DNA from: Nemertoderma westbladi
Taxonomy: Eukaryota; Animalia; Xenacoelomorpha
Length of the DNA stretch: 34,546 nucleotides
Assembly (NCBI GenBank): GCA_032718475.1
Contig: JAUCBJ010002974.1
Location: 1 to 34,546 of the forward strand
Reading direction: 5' to 3'
Shown piece by piece: positions 1 to 15,000 of this stretch. The notes under the pieces were generated by a model that worked only from the letters and a program-made list of their open reading frames with translations, did not search any database and was not told where the DNA came from. Each line of letters begins with the position of its first letter. Within the stretch, counting starts at the first letter, position 1. A program made the translations under genes and the position numbers.

Positions 1-3000
1 GAAGGTATCTGAGTCTCTAAGTGTTTGCCCAATGGATGGACCTACTGTACTGTAGATACGTAGGTTATCTTCTACCTGGGTTGAAGTTATCTGTCTAAGT
101 GTTTGCCCAATGGATGGACCTACTGTACTGTAGATACGTAGGTTATCTTCTACCTGGGTTGAAGTTATCTGTCTAAGTGTTTGCCCAATGGATGGACCTA
201 CTGTACTGTAGATACGTAGGTTATCTTCTACCTGGGTTGAAGTTATCTGTCTAAGTGTTTGCCCAATGGATGGACCTACTGTACTGTAGATACGTAGGTT
301 ATCTTCTACCTGGGTTGAAGTTATCTGTCTAAGTGTTTGCCCAATGGATGGACCTACTGTACTGTAGATACGTAGGTTATCTTCTACCTGGGTTGAAGTT
401 ATCTGTCTAAGTGTTTGCCCAATGGATGGACCTACTGTACTGTAGATACGTAGGTTATCTTCTACCTGGTTGAAGTTATCTGTCTAAGTGTTTGCCCAAT
501 GGATGGACCTACTGTACTGTAGATACGTAGGTTATCTTCTACCTGGGTTGAAGTTATCTGTCTAAGTGTTTGCCCAATGGATGGACCTACTTTACTGTAG
601 ATACGTAGGTTATCTTCTACCTGGGTCGAAGTTATCTGTCTAAGTGTTTTCACAATGGATGGACCTACTGTACTGTAGATACGTAGGTTATCTTCTACCT
701 GGTTGAAGTTATCTGTCTAAGTGTTTGCCCAATGGATGGACCTACTGTACTGTAGATACGTAGGTTATCTTCTACCTGGGTTGAAGTTATCTGTCTAAGT
801 GTTTTCACAATGGATGGACCTACTGTACTGTAGATACGTAGGTTATCTTCTACCTGGGTTGAAGTTATCTGTCTAAGTGTTTGCACAATGGATGGACCTA
901 CTGTACTGTAGATACGTAGGTTATCTTCTACCTGGGTCGAAGTTATCTGTCTAAGTGTTTTCACAATGGATGGACCTACTGTACTGTAGATACGTAGGTT
1001 ATCTTCTACCTGGGTTGAAGTTATCTGTCTAAGTGTTTGCCCAATGGATGGACCTACTGTACTGTAGATACGTAGGTTATCTTCTACCTGGGTTGAAGTT
1101 ATCTGTCTAAGTGTTTTCACAATGGATGGACCTACTGTACTGTAGATACGTAGGTTATCTTCTACCCGGGTTGAAGTTATCTGTCTAAGTGTTTTCACAA
1201 TGGATGGACCTACTGTACTGTAGATACGTAGGTTATCTTCTACCTGGGTTGAAGTTATCTGTCTAAGTGTTTGCCCAATGGATGGACCTACTGTACTGTA
1301 GATACGTAGGTTATCTTCTACCCGGGTTGAAGTTATCTGTCTAAGTGTTTTCACAATGGATGGACCTACTGTACTGTAGATACGTAGGTTATCTTCTACC
1401 CGGGTCGAAGTTATCTGTCTAAGTGTTTTCACAATGGATGGACCTACTGTACTGTAGATACGTAGGTTATCTTCTACCTGGGTTGAAGTTATCTGTCTAA
1501 GTGTTTTCACAATGGATGGACCTACTGTACTGTATATACGTAGGTTATCTTCTACCTGGGTCGAAGTTATCTGTCTAAGTGTTTTCACAATGGATGGACC
1601 TACTGTACTGTAGATACGTAGGTTATCTTCTACCTGGGTCGAAGTTATCTGTCTAAGTGTTTTCACAATGGATGGACCTACTGTACTGTAGATACGTAGG
1701 TTATCTTCTACCTGGGTTGAAGTTATCTGTCTAAGTGTTTGCCCAATGGATGGACCTACTGTACTGTAGATACGTAGGTTATCTTCTACCTGGGTCGAAG
1801 TTATCTGTCTAAGTGTTTTCACAATGGATGGACCTAAGTTGTACTGTAGATACGTAGGTTATCTTCTACCTGGGTCGAAGTTATCTGTCTAAGTGTTTTC
1901 ACAATGGATGGACCTACTGTACTGTAGATACGTAGGTTATCTTCTACCCGGGTTGAAGTTATCTGTCTAAGTGTTTGCACAATGGATGGACCTACTGTAC
2001 TGTAGATACGTAGGTTATCTTCTACCCGGGTTGAAGTTATCTGTCTAAGTGTTTGCACAATGGATGGACCTACTGTACTGTAGATACGTAGGTTATCTTC
2101 TACCTGGGTCGAAGTTATCTGTCTAAGTGTTTTCACAATGGATGGACCTACTGTACTGTAGATACGTAGGTTATCTTCTACCCGGGTTGAAGTTATCTGT
2201 CTAAGTGTTTGCACAATGGATGGACCTACTGTACTGTAGATACGTAGGTTATCTTCTACCTGGGTTGAAGTTATCTGTCTAAGTGTTTGCACAATGGGTG
2301 GACCTACTGTACTGTAGATACGTAGGTTATCTTCTACCCGGGTTGAAGTTATCTGTCTAAGTGTTTGCACAATGGATGGACCTACTGTACTGTAGATACG
2401 TAGGTTATCTTCTACCCGGGTTGAAGTTATCTGTCTAAGTGTTTGCACAATGGATGGACCTACTGTACTGTAGATACGTAGGGTATCTTCTACCCGGTCG
2501 AAGTTATCTGTCTAAGTGTTTTCACAATGGATGGACCTACTTTACTGTAGATACGTAGGTTCTCTTCTACCTGGGTCGAAGTTATCTGTCTAAGTGTTTT
2601 CACAATGGATGGACCTACTTTACTGTAGATACGTAGGTTATCTTCTACCTGGGTCGAAGTTATCTGTCTAAGTGTTTTCACAATGGATGGACCTACTGTA
2701 CTGTAGATACGTAGGTTATCTTCTACCTGGGTCGAAGTTATCTGTCTAAGTGTTTTCACAATGGATGGACCTACTGTACTGTAGATACGTAGGGTATCTT
2801 CTACCCGGGTCGAAGTTATCTGTCTAAGTGTTTTCACAATGGATGGACCTACTGTACTGTAGATACGTAGGTTATCTTCTACCTGGGTTGAAGTTATCTG
2901 TCTAAGTGTTTGCCCAATGGATGGACCTACTGTACTGTAGATACGTAGGTTATCTTCTACCTGGGTTGAAGTTATCTGTCTAAGTGTTTGCCCAATGGAT

Positions 3001-6000
3001 GGACCTACTGTACTGTAGATACGTAGGTTATCGTCTACCTGGGTTGAAGTTATCTGTCTAAGTGTTTGCCCAATGGATGGACCTACTGTACTGTAGATAC
3101 GTAGGTTATCTTCTACCTGGGTTGAAGTTATCTGTCTAAGTGTTTTCACAATGGATGGACCTACTGTACTGTAGATACGTAGGGTATCTTCTACCCGGTC
3201 GAAGTTATCTGTCTAAGTGTTTTCACAATGGATGGACCTACTTTACTGTAGATACGTAGGTTATCTTCTACCTGGGTCGAAGTTATCTGTCTAAGTGTTT
3301 TCACAATGGATGGACCTACTTTACTGTAGATACGTAGGTTATCTTCTACCTGGGTCGAAGTTATCTGTCTAAGTGTTTTCACAATGGATGGACCTACTGT
3401 ACTGTAGATACGTAGGGTATCTTCTACCCGGTCGAAGTTATCTGTCTAAGTGTTTTCACAATGGATGGACCTACTTTACTGTAGATACGTAGGTTATCTT
3501 CTACCTGGGTCGAAGTTATCTGTCTAAGTGTTTTCACAATGGATGGACCTACTTTACTGTAGATACGTAGGTTATCTTCTACCTGGGTCGAAGTTATCTG
3601 TCTAAGTGTTTTCACAATGGATGGACCTACTGTACTGTAGATACGTAGGTTATCTTCTACCTGGGTCGAAGTTATCTGTCTAAGTGTTTTCACAATGGAT
3701 GGACCTACTGTACTGTAGATACGTAGGTTATCTTCTACCTGGGTCGAAGTTATCTGTCTAAGTGTTTTCACAATGGATGGACCTACTGTACTGTAGATAC
3801 GTAGGGTATCTTCTACCCGGGTCGAAGTTATCTGTCTAAGTGTTTTCACAATGGATGGACCTACTGTACTGTAGATACGTAGGTTATCGTCTACCTGGGT
3901 TGAAGTTATCTGTCAAGTGTTTGCACAATGGATGGACCTACTTTACTGTAGATACGTAGGTTATCTTCTACCTGGGTCGAAGTTATCTGTCTAAGTGTTT
4001 TCACAATGGATGGACCTACTGTACTGTAGATACGTAGGTTATCTTCTACCTGAGTCGAAGTTATCTGTCTAAGTGTTTGCCCAATGGATGGACCTACTGT
4101 ACTGTAGATACGTAGGTTATCTTCTACCCGGGTCGAAGTTATCTGTCTAAGTGTTTTCACAATGGATGGACCTACTGTACTGTAGATACGTAGGTTATCG
4201 TCTACCTGGGTTGAAGTTATCTGTCAAGTGTTTGCACAATGGATGGACCTACTTTACTGTAGATACGTAGGTTATCTTCTACCTGGGTCGAAGTTATCTG
4301 TCTAAGTGTTTTCACAATGGATGGACCTACTGTACTGTAGATACGTAGGTTATCGTCTACCTGGGTTGAAGTTATCTGTCAAGTGTTTGCACAATGGATG
4401 GACCTACTTTACTGTAGATACGTAGGTTATCTTCTACCTGGGTCGAAGTTATCTGTCTAAGTGTTTTCACAATGGAAGGACCTACTGTACTGTAGATACG
4501 TAGGTTATCTTCTACCTGGGTTGAAGTTATCTGTCTAAGTGTTTGCCCAATGGATGGACCTACTGTACTGTAGATACGTAGGTTATCTTCTACCTGGGTT
4601 GAAGTTATCTGTCTAAGTGTTTGCCCAATGGATGGACCTACTGTACTGTAGATACGTAGGTTATCGTCTACCTGGGTTGAAGTTATCTGTCTAAGTATTT
4701 GCCCAATGGATGGACCTACTGTACTGTAGATACGTAGGGTATCTTCTACCCGGTTGAAGTTATCTGTCTAAGTGTTTGCCCAATGGATGGACCTACTGTA
4801 CTGTAGATACGTAGGTTATCTTCTACCTGGGTTGAAGTTATCTGTCTAAGTGTTTGCACAATGGATGGACCTACTGTACTGTAGATACGTAGGGTATCTT
4901 CTACCTGGGTTGAAGTTATCTGTCTAAGTGTTTGCCCAATGGATGGACCTACTGTACTGTAGATACGTAGGTTATCGTCTACCTGGGTTGAAGTTATCTG
5001 TCTAAGTGTTTGCCCAATGGATGGACCTACTGTACTGTAGATACGTAGGTTATCGTCTACCTGGGTTGAAGTTATCTGTCTAAGTGTTTGCCCAATGGAT
5101 GGACCTACTGTACTGTAGATACGTAGGTTATCGTCTACCTGGGTTGAAGTTATCTGTCTAAGTGTTTGCACAATAGATGGACCTACTGTACTGTAGATAC
5201 GTAGGTTATCTTCTACCTGGGTCGAAGTTATCTGTCTAAGTGTTTTCACAATGGATGGACCTACTTTACTGTAGATACGTAGGTTATCTTCTACCTGGGT
5301 CGAAGTTATCTGTCTAAGTGTTTTCACAATGGATGGACCTACTGTACTGTAGATACGTAGGTTATCTTCTACCTGGGTCGAAGTTATCTGTCTAAGTGTT
5401 TTCACAATGGATGGACCTACTTTACTGTAGATACGTAGGTTATCTTCTACCTGGGTTGAAGTTATCTGTCAAGTGTTTGCACAATGGATGGACCTACTTT
5501 ACTGTAGATACGTAGGTTATCTTCTACCTGGGTCGAAGTTATCTGTCTAAGTGTTTTCACAATGGATGGACCTACTTTACTGTAGATACGTAGGTTATCT
5601 TCTACCTGGGTCGAAGTTATCTGTCTAAGTGTTTTCACAATGGATGGACCTACTGTACTGTAGATACGTAGGTTATCGTCTACCTGGGTTGAAGTTATCT
5701 GTCAAGTGTTTGCACAATGGATGGACCTACTTTACTGTAGATACGTAGGTTATCTTCTACCTGGGTCGAAGTTATCTGTCTAAGTGTTTTCACAATGGAT
5801 GGACCTACTTTACTGTAGATACGTAGGTTATCTTCTACCTGGGTCGAAGTTATCTGTCTAAGTGTTTTCACAATGGATGGACCTACTGTACTGTAGATAC
5901 GTAGGTTATCGTCTACCTGGGTTGAAGTTATCTGTCAAGTGTTTGCACAATGGATGGACCTACTTTACTGTAGATACGTAGGTTATCTTCTACCTGGGTC

Positions 6001-9000
6001 GAAGTTATCTGTCTAAGTGTTTTCACAATGGATGGACCTACTGTACTGTAGATACGTAGGTTATCGTCTACCTGGGTTGAAGTTATCTGTCTAAGTGTTT
6101 GCCCAATGGATGGACCTACTGTACTGTAGATACGTAGGTTATCTTCTACCCGGGTTGAAGTTATCTGTCTAAGTGTTTGCACAATGGATGGATCTACTGT
6201 ACTGTAGATACGTAGGTTATCTTCTACCCGGGTTGAAGTTATCTGTCTAAGTGTTTGCCCAATGGATGGACCTACTGTACTGTAGATACGTAGGTTATCT
6301 TCTACCCGGGTTGAAGTTATCTGTCTAAGTGTTTTCACAATGGATGGACCTACTGTACTGTAGATACGTAGGTTATCTTCTACCCGGGTTGAAGTTATCT
6401 GTCTAAGTGTTTGCCCAATGGATGGACCTACTGTACTGTAGATACGTAGGTTATCTTCTACCCGGGTTGAAGTTATCTGTCTAAGTGTTTGCACAATGGA
6501 TGGACCTACTGTACTGTAGATACGTAGGTTATCTTCTACCTGGGTTGAAGTTATCTGTCTAAGTGTTTGCCCAATGGATGGACCTACTGTACTGTAGATA
6601 CGTAGGTTATCTTCTACCTGGGTAGAAGTTATCTGTCTAAGTGTTTGCCAAATGGATGGACCTACTGTACTGTAGATACGTAGGGTATCTTCTACCTGGG
6701 TTGAAGTTATCTGTCTAAGTGTTTGCACAATGGATGGACCTACTGTACTGTAGATACGTAGGTTATCTTCTACCTGGGTTGAAGTTATCTGTCTAAGTGT
6801 TTGCCCAATGGATGAACCTACTGTACTGTAGATACGTAGGGTATCTTCTACCCGGGTCGAAGTTATCTGTCTAAGTGTTTGCACAATGGATGGACCTACT
6901 GTACTGTAGATACGTAGGGTATCTTCTACCCGGGTCGAAGTTATCTGTCTAAGTGTTTGCACAATGGATGGACCTACTGTACTGTAGATACGTAGGTTAT
7001 CTTCTACCTGGGTTGTAGTTATCTGTCTAAGTGTTTGCACAATGGATGGACCTACTGTACTGTAGATACGTAGGGTATCTTCTACCCGGGTCGAAGTTAT
7101 CTGTCTAAGTGTTTGCACAATGGATGGACCTACTGTACTGTAGATACGTAGGTTATCTTCTACCTGGGTTGAAGTTATCTGTCTAAGTGTTTGCACAATG
7201 GATGAACCTACTGTACTGTAGATACGTAGGGTATCTTCTACCCGGGTCGAAGTTATCTGTCTAAGTGTTTGCACAATGGATGGACCTACTGTACTGTAGA
7301 TACGTAGGTTATCTTCTACCTGGTTGAAGTTATCTGTCTAAGTGTTTGCACAATGGATGAACCTACTGTACTGTAGATACGTAGGGTATCTTCTACCCGG
7401 GTCGAAGTTATCTGTCTAAGTGTTTGCACAATGGATGGACCTACTGTACTGTAGATACGTAGGTTATCTTCTACCTGGGTTGAAGTTATCTGTCTAAGTG
7501 TTTGCACAATGGATGAACCTACTGTACTGTAGATACGTAGGGTATCTTCTACCCGGGTCGAAGTTATCTGTCTAAGTGTTTGCACAATGGATGGACCTAC
7601 TGTACTGTAGATACGTAGGTTATCTTCTACCTGGGTTGAAGTTATCTGTCTAAGTGTTTGCACAATGGATGAACCTACTGTACTGTAGATACGTAGGGTA
7701 TCTTCTACCCGGGTCGAAGTTATCTGTCTAAGTGTTTGCACAATGGATGGACCTACTGTACTGTAGATACGTAGGTTATCTTCTACCTGGTTGAAGTTAT
7801 CTGTCTAAGTGTTTGCACAATAGATGGACCTACTGTACTGTAGATACGTAGGTTATCTTCTACCTGGGTTGAAGTTATCTGTCTAAGTGTTTGCACAATG
7901 GATGAACCTACTGTACTGTAGATACGTAGGGTATCTTCTACCCGGGTCGAAGTTATCTGTCTAAGTGTTTGCACAATGGATGGACCTACTGTACTGTAGA
8001 TACGTAGGTTATCTTCTACCTGGGTTGAAGTTATCTGTCTAAGTGTTTGCACAATGGATGAACCTACTGTACTGTAGATACGTAGGGTATCTTCTACCCG
8101 GGTCGAAGTTATCTGTCTAAGTGTTTGCACAATGGATGGACCTACTGTACTGTAGATACGTAGGTTATCTTCTACCTGGGTTGAAGTTATCTGTCTAAGT
8201 GTTTGCACAATGGATGAACCTACTGTACTGTAGATACGTAGGGTATCTTCTACCCGGGTCGAAGTTATCTGTCTAAGTGTTTGCACAATGGATGGACCTA
8301 CTGTACTGTAGATACGTAGGTTATCTTCTACCTGGTTGAAGTTATCTGTCTAAGTGTTTGCACAATAGATGGACCTACTGTACTGTAGATACGTAGGTTA
8401 TCTTCTACCCGGGTTGAAGTTATCTGTCTAAGTGTTTGCCCAATGGATGGACCTACTGTACTGTAGATACGTAGGTTATCTTCTACCCGGGTTGAAGTTA
8501 TCTGTCTAAGTGTTTGCCCAATGGATGGACCTACTGTACTGTAGATACGTAGGGTATCTTCTACCCGGGTTGAAGTTATCTGTCTAAGTGTTTGCCCAAT
8601 GGATGGACCTACTGTACTGTAGATACGTAGGGTATCTTCTACCTGGGTTGAAGTTATCTGTCTATGTTTGCACAATGGATTGACCTACTGTACTGTAGAT
8701 ACGTAGGTTATCTTCTACCCGGGTTGAAGTTATCTGTCTAAGTGTTTGCACAATGGATGGACCTACTGTACTGTAGATACGTAGGTTATCTTCTACCTGA
8801 GTTGAAGTTATCTGTCTAAGTGTTTGCACAATGGATGGACCTACTGTACTGTAGATACGTAGGTTATCTTCTACCTGGGTTGAAGTTATCTGTCTAAGTG
8901 TTTGCACAATGGATGGACCTACTGTACTGTAGATACGTAGGTTATCTTCTACCTGGGTTGAAGTTATCTATCTAAGTGTTTGCCAAATGGATGGACCTAC

Positions 9001-12000
9001 TGTACTGTAGATACGTAGGTTATCTTCTACCCGGGTTGAAGTTATCTGTCTAAGTGTTTGCACAATGGATGGACCTACTGTACTGTAGATACGTAGGGTA
9101 TCTTCTACCCGGGTTGAAGTTATCTGTTTTGCCCAATGGATGGACCTACTGTACTGTAGATACGTAGGTTATCTTCTACCCGGGTCGAAGTTATCTGTCT
9201 AAGTGTTTGCCCAATGGATGGACCTACTTTACTGTAGATACGTAGGTTATCTTCTACCTGGGTTGAAGTTATCTGTCTAAGTGTTTGCCCAATGGATGGA
9301 CCTACTGTACTGTAGATACGTAGGTTATCTTCTACCCGGGTTGAAGTTATCTGTCTAAGTGTTTGCACAATGGATGGACCTACTGTACTGTAGATACGTA
9401 GGGTATCTTCTACCCGGGTTGAAGTTATCTGTCTAAGTGTTTACCCAATGGATGGACCTACTGTACTGTAGATACGTAGGTTATCTTCTACCTGGGTTGA
9501 AGTTATCTGTCTAAGTGTTTGCACAATGGATGGACCTACTGTACTGTAGATACGTAGGGTATCTTCTACCTGGGTTGAAGTTATCTGTCTAAGTGTTTGC
9601 ACAATGGATGGACCTACTGTACTGTAGATACGTAGGTTATCGTCTACCTGGGTTGAAGTTATCTGTCTAAGTGTTTGCCCAATGGATGGACCTACTGTAC
9701 TGTAGATACGTAGGTTATCGTCTACCTGGGTTGAAGTTATCTGTCTAAGTGTTTGCCCAATGGATGGACCTACTGTACTGTAGATACGTAGGTTATCTTC
9801 TACCCGGGTTGAAGTTATCTGTCTAAGTGTTTGCACAATGGATGGACCTACTGTACTGTAGATACGTAGGGTATCTTCTACCCGGGTTGAAGTTATCTGT
9901 CTAAGTGTTTGCCCAATGGATGGACCTACTGTACTGTAGATACGTAGGTTATCTTCTACCTGGGTTGAAGTTATCTGTCTAAGTGTTTGCCCAATGGATG
10001 GACCTACTGTACTGTAGATACGTAGGTTATCTTCTACCTGGGTTGAAGTTATCTGTCTAAGTGTTTGCACAATGGATGGACCTACTGTACTGTAGATACG
10101 TAGGTTATCTTCTACCTGGGTTGAAGTTATCTGTCTAAGTGTTTGCCCAATGGATGGACCTACTGTACTGTAGATACGTAGGGTATCTTCTACCCGGGTT
10201 GAAGTTATCTGTCTAAGTGTTTGCCCAATGGATGGACCTACTGTACTGTAGATACGTAGGTTATCTTCTACCCGGGTTGAAGTTATCTGTCTAAGTGTTT
10301 TCACAATGGATGGACCTACTGTACTGTAGATACGTAGGTTATCGTCTACCTGGGTTGAAGTTATCTGTCTAAGTGTTTGCCCAATGGATGGACCTACTGT
10401 ACTGTAGATACGTAGGTTATCTTCTACCCGGGTTGAAGTTATCTGTCTAAGTGTTTGCCCAATGGATGGACCTACTGTACTGTAGATACGTAGGTTATCT
10501 TCTACCTGAGTTGAAGTTATCTGTCTAAGTGTTTGCCCAATGGATGGACCTACTGTACTGTAGATACGTAGGTTATCTTCTACCTGAGTCGAAGTTATCT
10601 GTCTAAGTGTTTGCCCAATGGATGGACCTACTGTACTGTAGATACGTAGGGTATCTTCTACCTGGGTTGAAGTTATCTGTCTAAGTGTTTGCCCAATGGA
10701 TGGATCTACTGTACTGTAGATACGTAGGTTATCTTCTACCTGGGTCGAAGTTATCTGTCTAAGTGTTTGCCCAATGGATGGACCTACTGTACTGTAGATA
10801 CGTAGGTTATCTTCTACCCGGGTTGAAGTTATCTGTCTAAGTGTTTGCACAATGGATGGATCTACTGTACTGTAGATACGTAGGTTATCTTCTACCCGGG
10901 TTGAAGTTATCTGTCTAAGTGTTTACCCAATGGATGGACCTACTGTACTGTAGATACGTAGGTTATCTTCTACCTGAGTTGAAGTTATCTGTCTAAGTGT
11001 TTGCCCAATGGATGGACCTACTGTACTGTAGATACGTAGGTTATCTTCTACCTGAGTCGAAGTTATCTGTCTAAGTGTTTGCCCAATGGATGGACCTACT
11101 GTACTGTAGATACGTAGGGTATCTTCTACCTGGGTTGAAGTTATCTGTCTAAGTGTTTGCCCAATGGATGGATCTACTGTACTGTAGATACGTAGGTTAT
11201 CTTCTACCTGGGTCGAAGTTATCTGTTTAAGTGTTTGCCCAATGGATGGACCTACTGTACTGTAGATACGTAGGTTATCTTCTACCCGGGTTGAAGTTAT
11301 CTGTCTAAGTGTTTTCACAATGGATGGACCTACTGTACTGTAGATACGTAGGTTATCGTCTACCTGGGTTGAAGTTATCTGTCTAAGTGTTTGCCCAATG
11401 GATGGACCTACTGTACTGTAGATACGTAGGTTATCTTCTACCCGGGTTGAAGTTATCTGTCTAAGTGTTTGCCCAATGGATGGACCTACTGTACTGTAGA
11501 TACGTAGGTTATCTTCTACCTGAGTTGAAGTTATCTGTCTAAGTGTTTGCCCAATGGATGGACCTACTGTACTGTAGATACGTAGGTTATCTTCTACCCG
11601 GGTTGAAGTTATCTGTCTAAGTGTTTGCCCAATGGATGGACCTACTGTACTGTAGATACGTAGGTTATCTTCTACCTGAGTTGAAGTTATCTGTCTAAGT
11701 GTTTGCACAATGGATGGACCTACTGTACTGTAGATACGTAGGTTATCTTCTACCTGAGTCGAAGTTATCTGTCTAAGTGTTTGCCCAATGGATGGACCTA
11801 CTGTACTGTAGATACGTAGGGTATCTTCTACCTGGGTTGAAGTTATCTGTCTAAGTGTTTGCCCAATGGATGGATCTACTGTACTGTAGATACGTAGGTT
11901 ATCTTCTACCTGGGTCGAAGTTATCTGTCTAAGTGTTTGCCCAATGGATGGACCTACTGTACTGTAGATACGTAGGGTATCTTCTACCTGGGTTGAAGTT

Positions 12001-15000
12001 ATCTGTCTATGTTTGCACAATGGATGGACCTACTGTACTGTAGATACGTAGGTTATCTTCTACCCGGGTTGAAGTTATCTGTCTAAGTGTTTGCACAATG
12101 GATGGACCTACTGTACTGTAGATACGTAGGTTATCTTCTACCTGAGTTGAAGTTATCTGTCTAAGTGTTTGCACAATGGATGGACCTACTGTACTGTAGA
12201 TACGTAGGTTATCTTCTACCCGGGTTGAAGTTATCTGTCTAAGTGTTTGCCCAATGGATGGACCTACTGTACTGTAGATACGTAGGTTATCTTCTACCTG
12301 AGTTGAAGTTATCTGTCTAAGTGTTTGCCCAATGGATGGACCTACTGTACTGTAGATACGTAGGTTATCTTCTACCCGGGTTGAAGTTATCTGTCTAAGT
12401 GTTTGCCCAATGGATGGACCTACTGTACTGTAGATACGTAGGTTATCTTCTACCTGAGTTGAAGTTATCTGTCTAAGTGTTTGCACAATGGATGGACCTA
12501 CTGTACTGTAGATACGTAGGTTATCTTCTACCTGAGTCGAAGTTATCTGTCTAAGTGTTTGCCCAATGGATGGACCTACTGTACTGTAGATACGTAGGGT
12601 ATCTTCTACCTGGGTTGAAGTTATCTGTCTAAGTGTTTGCCCAATGGATGGATCTACTGTACTGTAGATACGTAGGTTATCTTCTACCTGGGTCGAAGTT
12701 ATCTGTCTAAGTGTTTGCCCAATGGATGGACCTACTGTACTGTAGATACGTAGGGTATCTTCTACCTGGGTTGAAGTTATCTGTCTATGTTTGCACAATG
12801 GATGGACCTACTGTACTGTAGATACGTAGGTTATCTTCTACCCGGGTTGAAGTTATCTGTCTAAGTGTTTGCACAATGGATGGACCTACTGTACTGTAGA
12901 TACGTAGGTTATCTTCTACCTGAGTTGAAGTTATCTGTCTAAGTGTTTGCACAATGGATGGACCTACTGTACTGTAGATACGTAGGTTATCTTCTACCTG
13001 GGTTGAAGTTATCTGTCTAAGTGTTTGCACAATGGATGGACCTACTGTACTGTAGATACGTAGGTTATCTTCTACCTGGGTTGAAGTTATCTATCTAAGT
13101 GTTTGCCAAATGGATGGACCTACTGTACTGTAGATACGTAGGTTATCTTCTACCCGGGTTGAAGTTATCTGTCTAAGTGTTTGCACAATGGATGGACCTA
13201 CTGTACTGTAGATACGTAGGGTATCTTCTACCCGGGTTGAAGTTATCTGTTTTGCCCAATGGATGGACCTACTGTACTGTAGATACGTAGGTTATCTTCT
13301 ACCCGGGTCGAAGTTATCTGTCTAAGTGTTTGCCCAATGGATGGACCTACTTTACTGTAGATACGTAGGTTATCTTCTACCTGGGTTGAAGTTATCTGTC
13401 TAAGTGTTTGCCCAATGGATGGACCTACTGTACTGTAGATACGTAGGTTATCTTCTACCCGGGTTGAAGTTATCTGTCTAAGTGTTTGCACAATGGATGG
13501 ACCTACTGTACTGTAGATACGTAGGGTATCTTCTACCCGGGTTGAAGTTATCTGTCTAAGTGTTTACCCAATGGATGGACCTACTGTACTGTAGATACGT
13601 AGGTTATCTTCTACCTGGGTTGAAGTTATCTGTCTAAGTGTTTGCACAATGGATGGACCTACTGTACTGTAGATACGTAGGGTATCTTCTACCTGGGTTG
13701 AAGTTATCTGTCTAAGTGTTTGCACAATGGATGGACCTACTGTACTGTAGATACGTAGGTTATCGTCTACCTGGGTTGAAGTTATCTGTCTAAGTGTTTG
13801 CCCAATGGATGGACCTACTGTACTGTAGATACGTAGGTTATCGTCTACCTGGGTTGAAGTTATCTGTCTAAGTGTTTGCCCAATGGATGGACCTACTGTA
13901 CTGTAGATACGTAGGTTATCTTCTACCCGGGTTGAAGTTATCTGTCTAAGTGTTTGCACAATGGATGGACCTACTGTACTGTAGATACGTAGGGTATCTT
14001 CTACCCGGGTTGAAGTTATCTGTCTAAGTGTTTGCCCAATGGATGGACCTACTGTACTGTAGATACGTAGGTTATCTTCTACCTGGGTTGAAGTTATCTG
14101 TCTAAGTGTTTGCCCAATGGATGGACCTACTGTACTGTAGATACGTAGGTTATCGTCTACCTGGGTTGAAGTTATCTGTCTAAGTGTTTGCCCAATGGAT
14201 GGACCTACTGTACTGTAGATACGTAGGTTATCTTCTACCCGGGTTGAAGTTATCTGTCTAAGTGTTTGCACAATGGATGGACCTACTGTACTGTAGATAC
14301 GTAGGGTATCTTCTACCCGGGTTGAAGTTATCTGTCTAAGTGTTTGCCCAATGGATGGACCTACTGTACTGTAGATACGTAGGTTATCTTCTACCTGGGT
14401 TGAAGTTATCTGTCTAAGTGTTTGCCCAATGGATGGACCTACTGTACTGTAGATACGTAGGTTATCTTCTACCTGGGTTGAAGTTATCTGTCTAAGTGTT
14501 TGCACAATGGATGGACCTACTGTACTGTAGATACGTAGGTTATCTTCTACCTGGGTTGAAGTTATCTGTCTAAGTGTTTGCCCAATGGATGGACCTACTG
14601 TACTGTAGATACGTAGGGTATCTTCTACCTGGGTTGAAGTTATCTGTCTAAGTGTTTGCCCAATGGATGGACCTACTGTACTGTAGATACGTAGGTTATC
14701 TTCTACCTGGGTTGAAGTTATCTGTCTAAGTGTTTGCCCAATGGATGGACCTACTGTACTGTAGATACGTAGGTTATCTTCTACCCGGGTTGAAGTTATC
14801 TGTCTAAGTGTTTTCACAATGGATGGACCTACTGTACTGTAGATACGTAGGTTATCGTCTACCTGGGTTGAAGTTATCTGTCTAAGTGTTTGCCCAATGG
14901 ATGGACCTACTGTACTGTAGATACGTAGGTTATCTTCTACCCGGGTTGAAGTTATCTGTCTAAGTGTTTGCCCAATGGATGGACCTACTGTACTGTAGAT

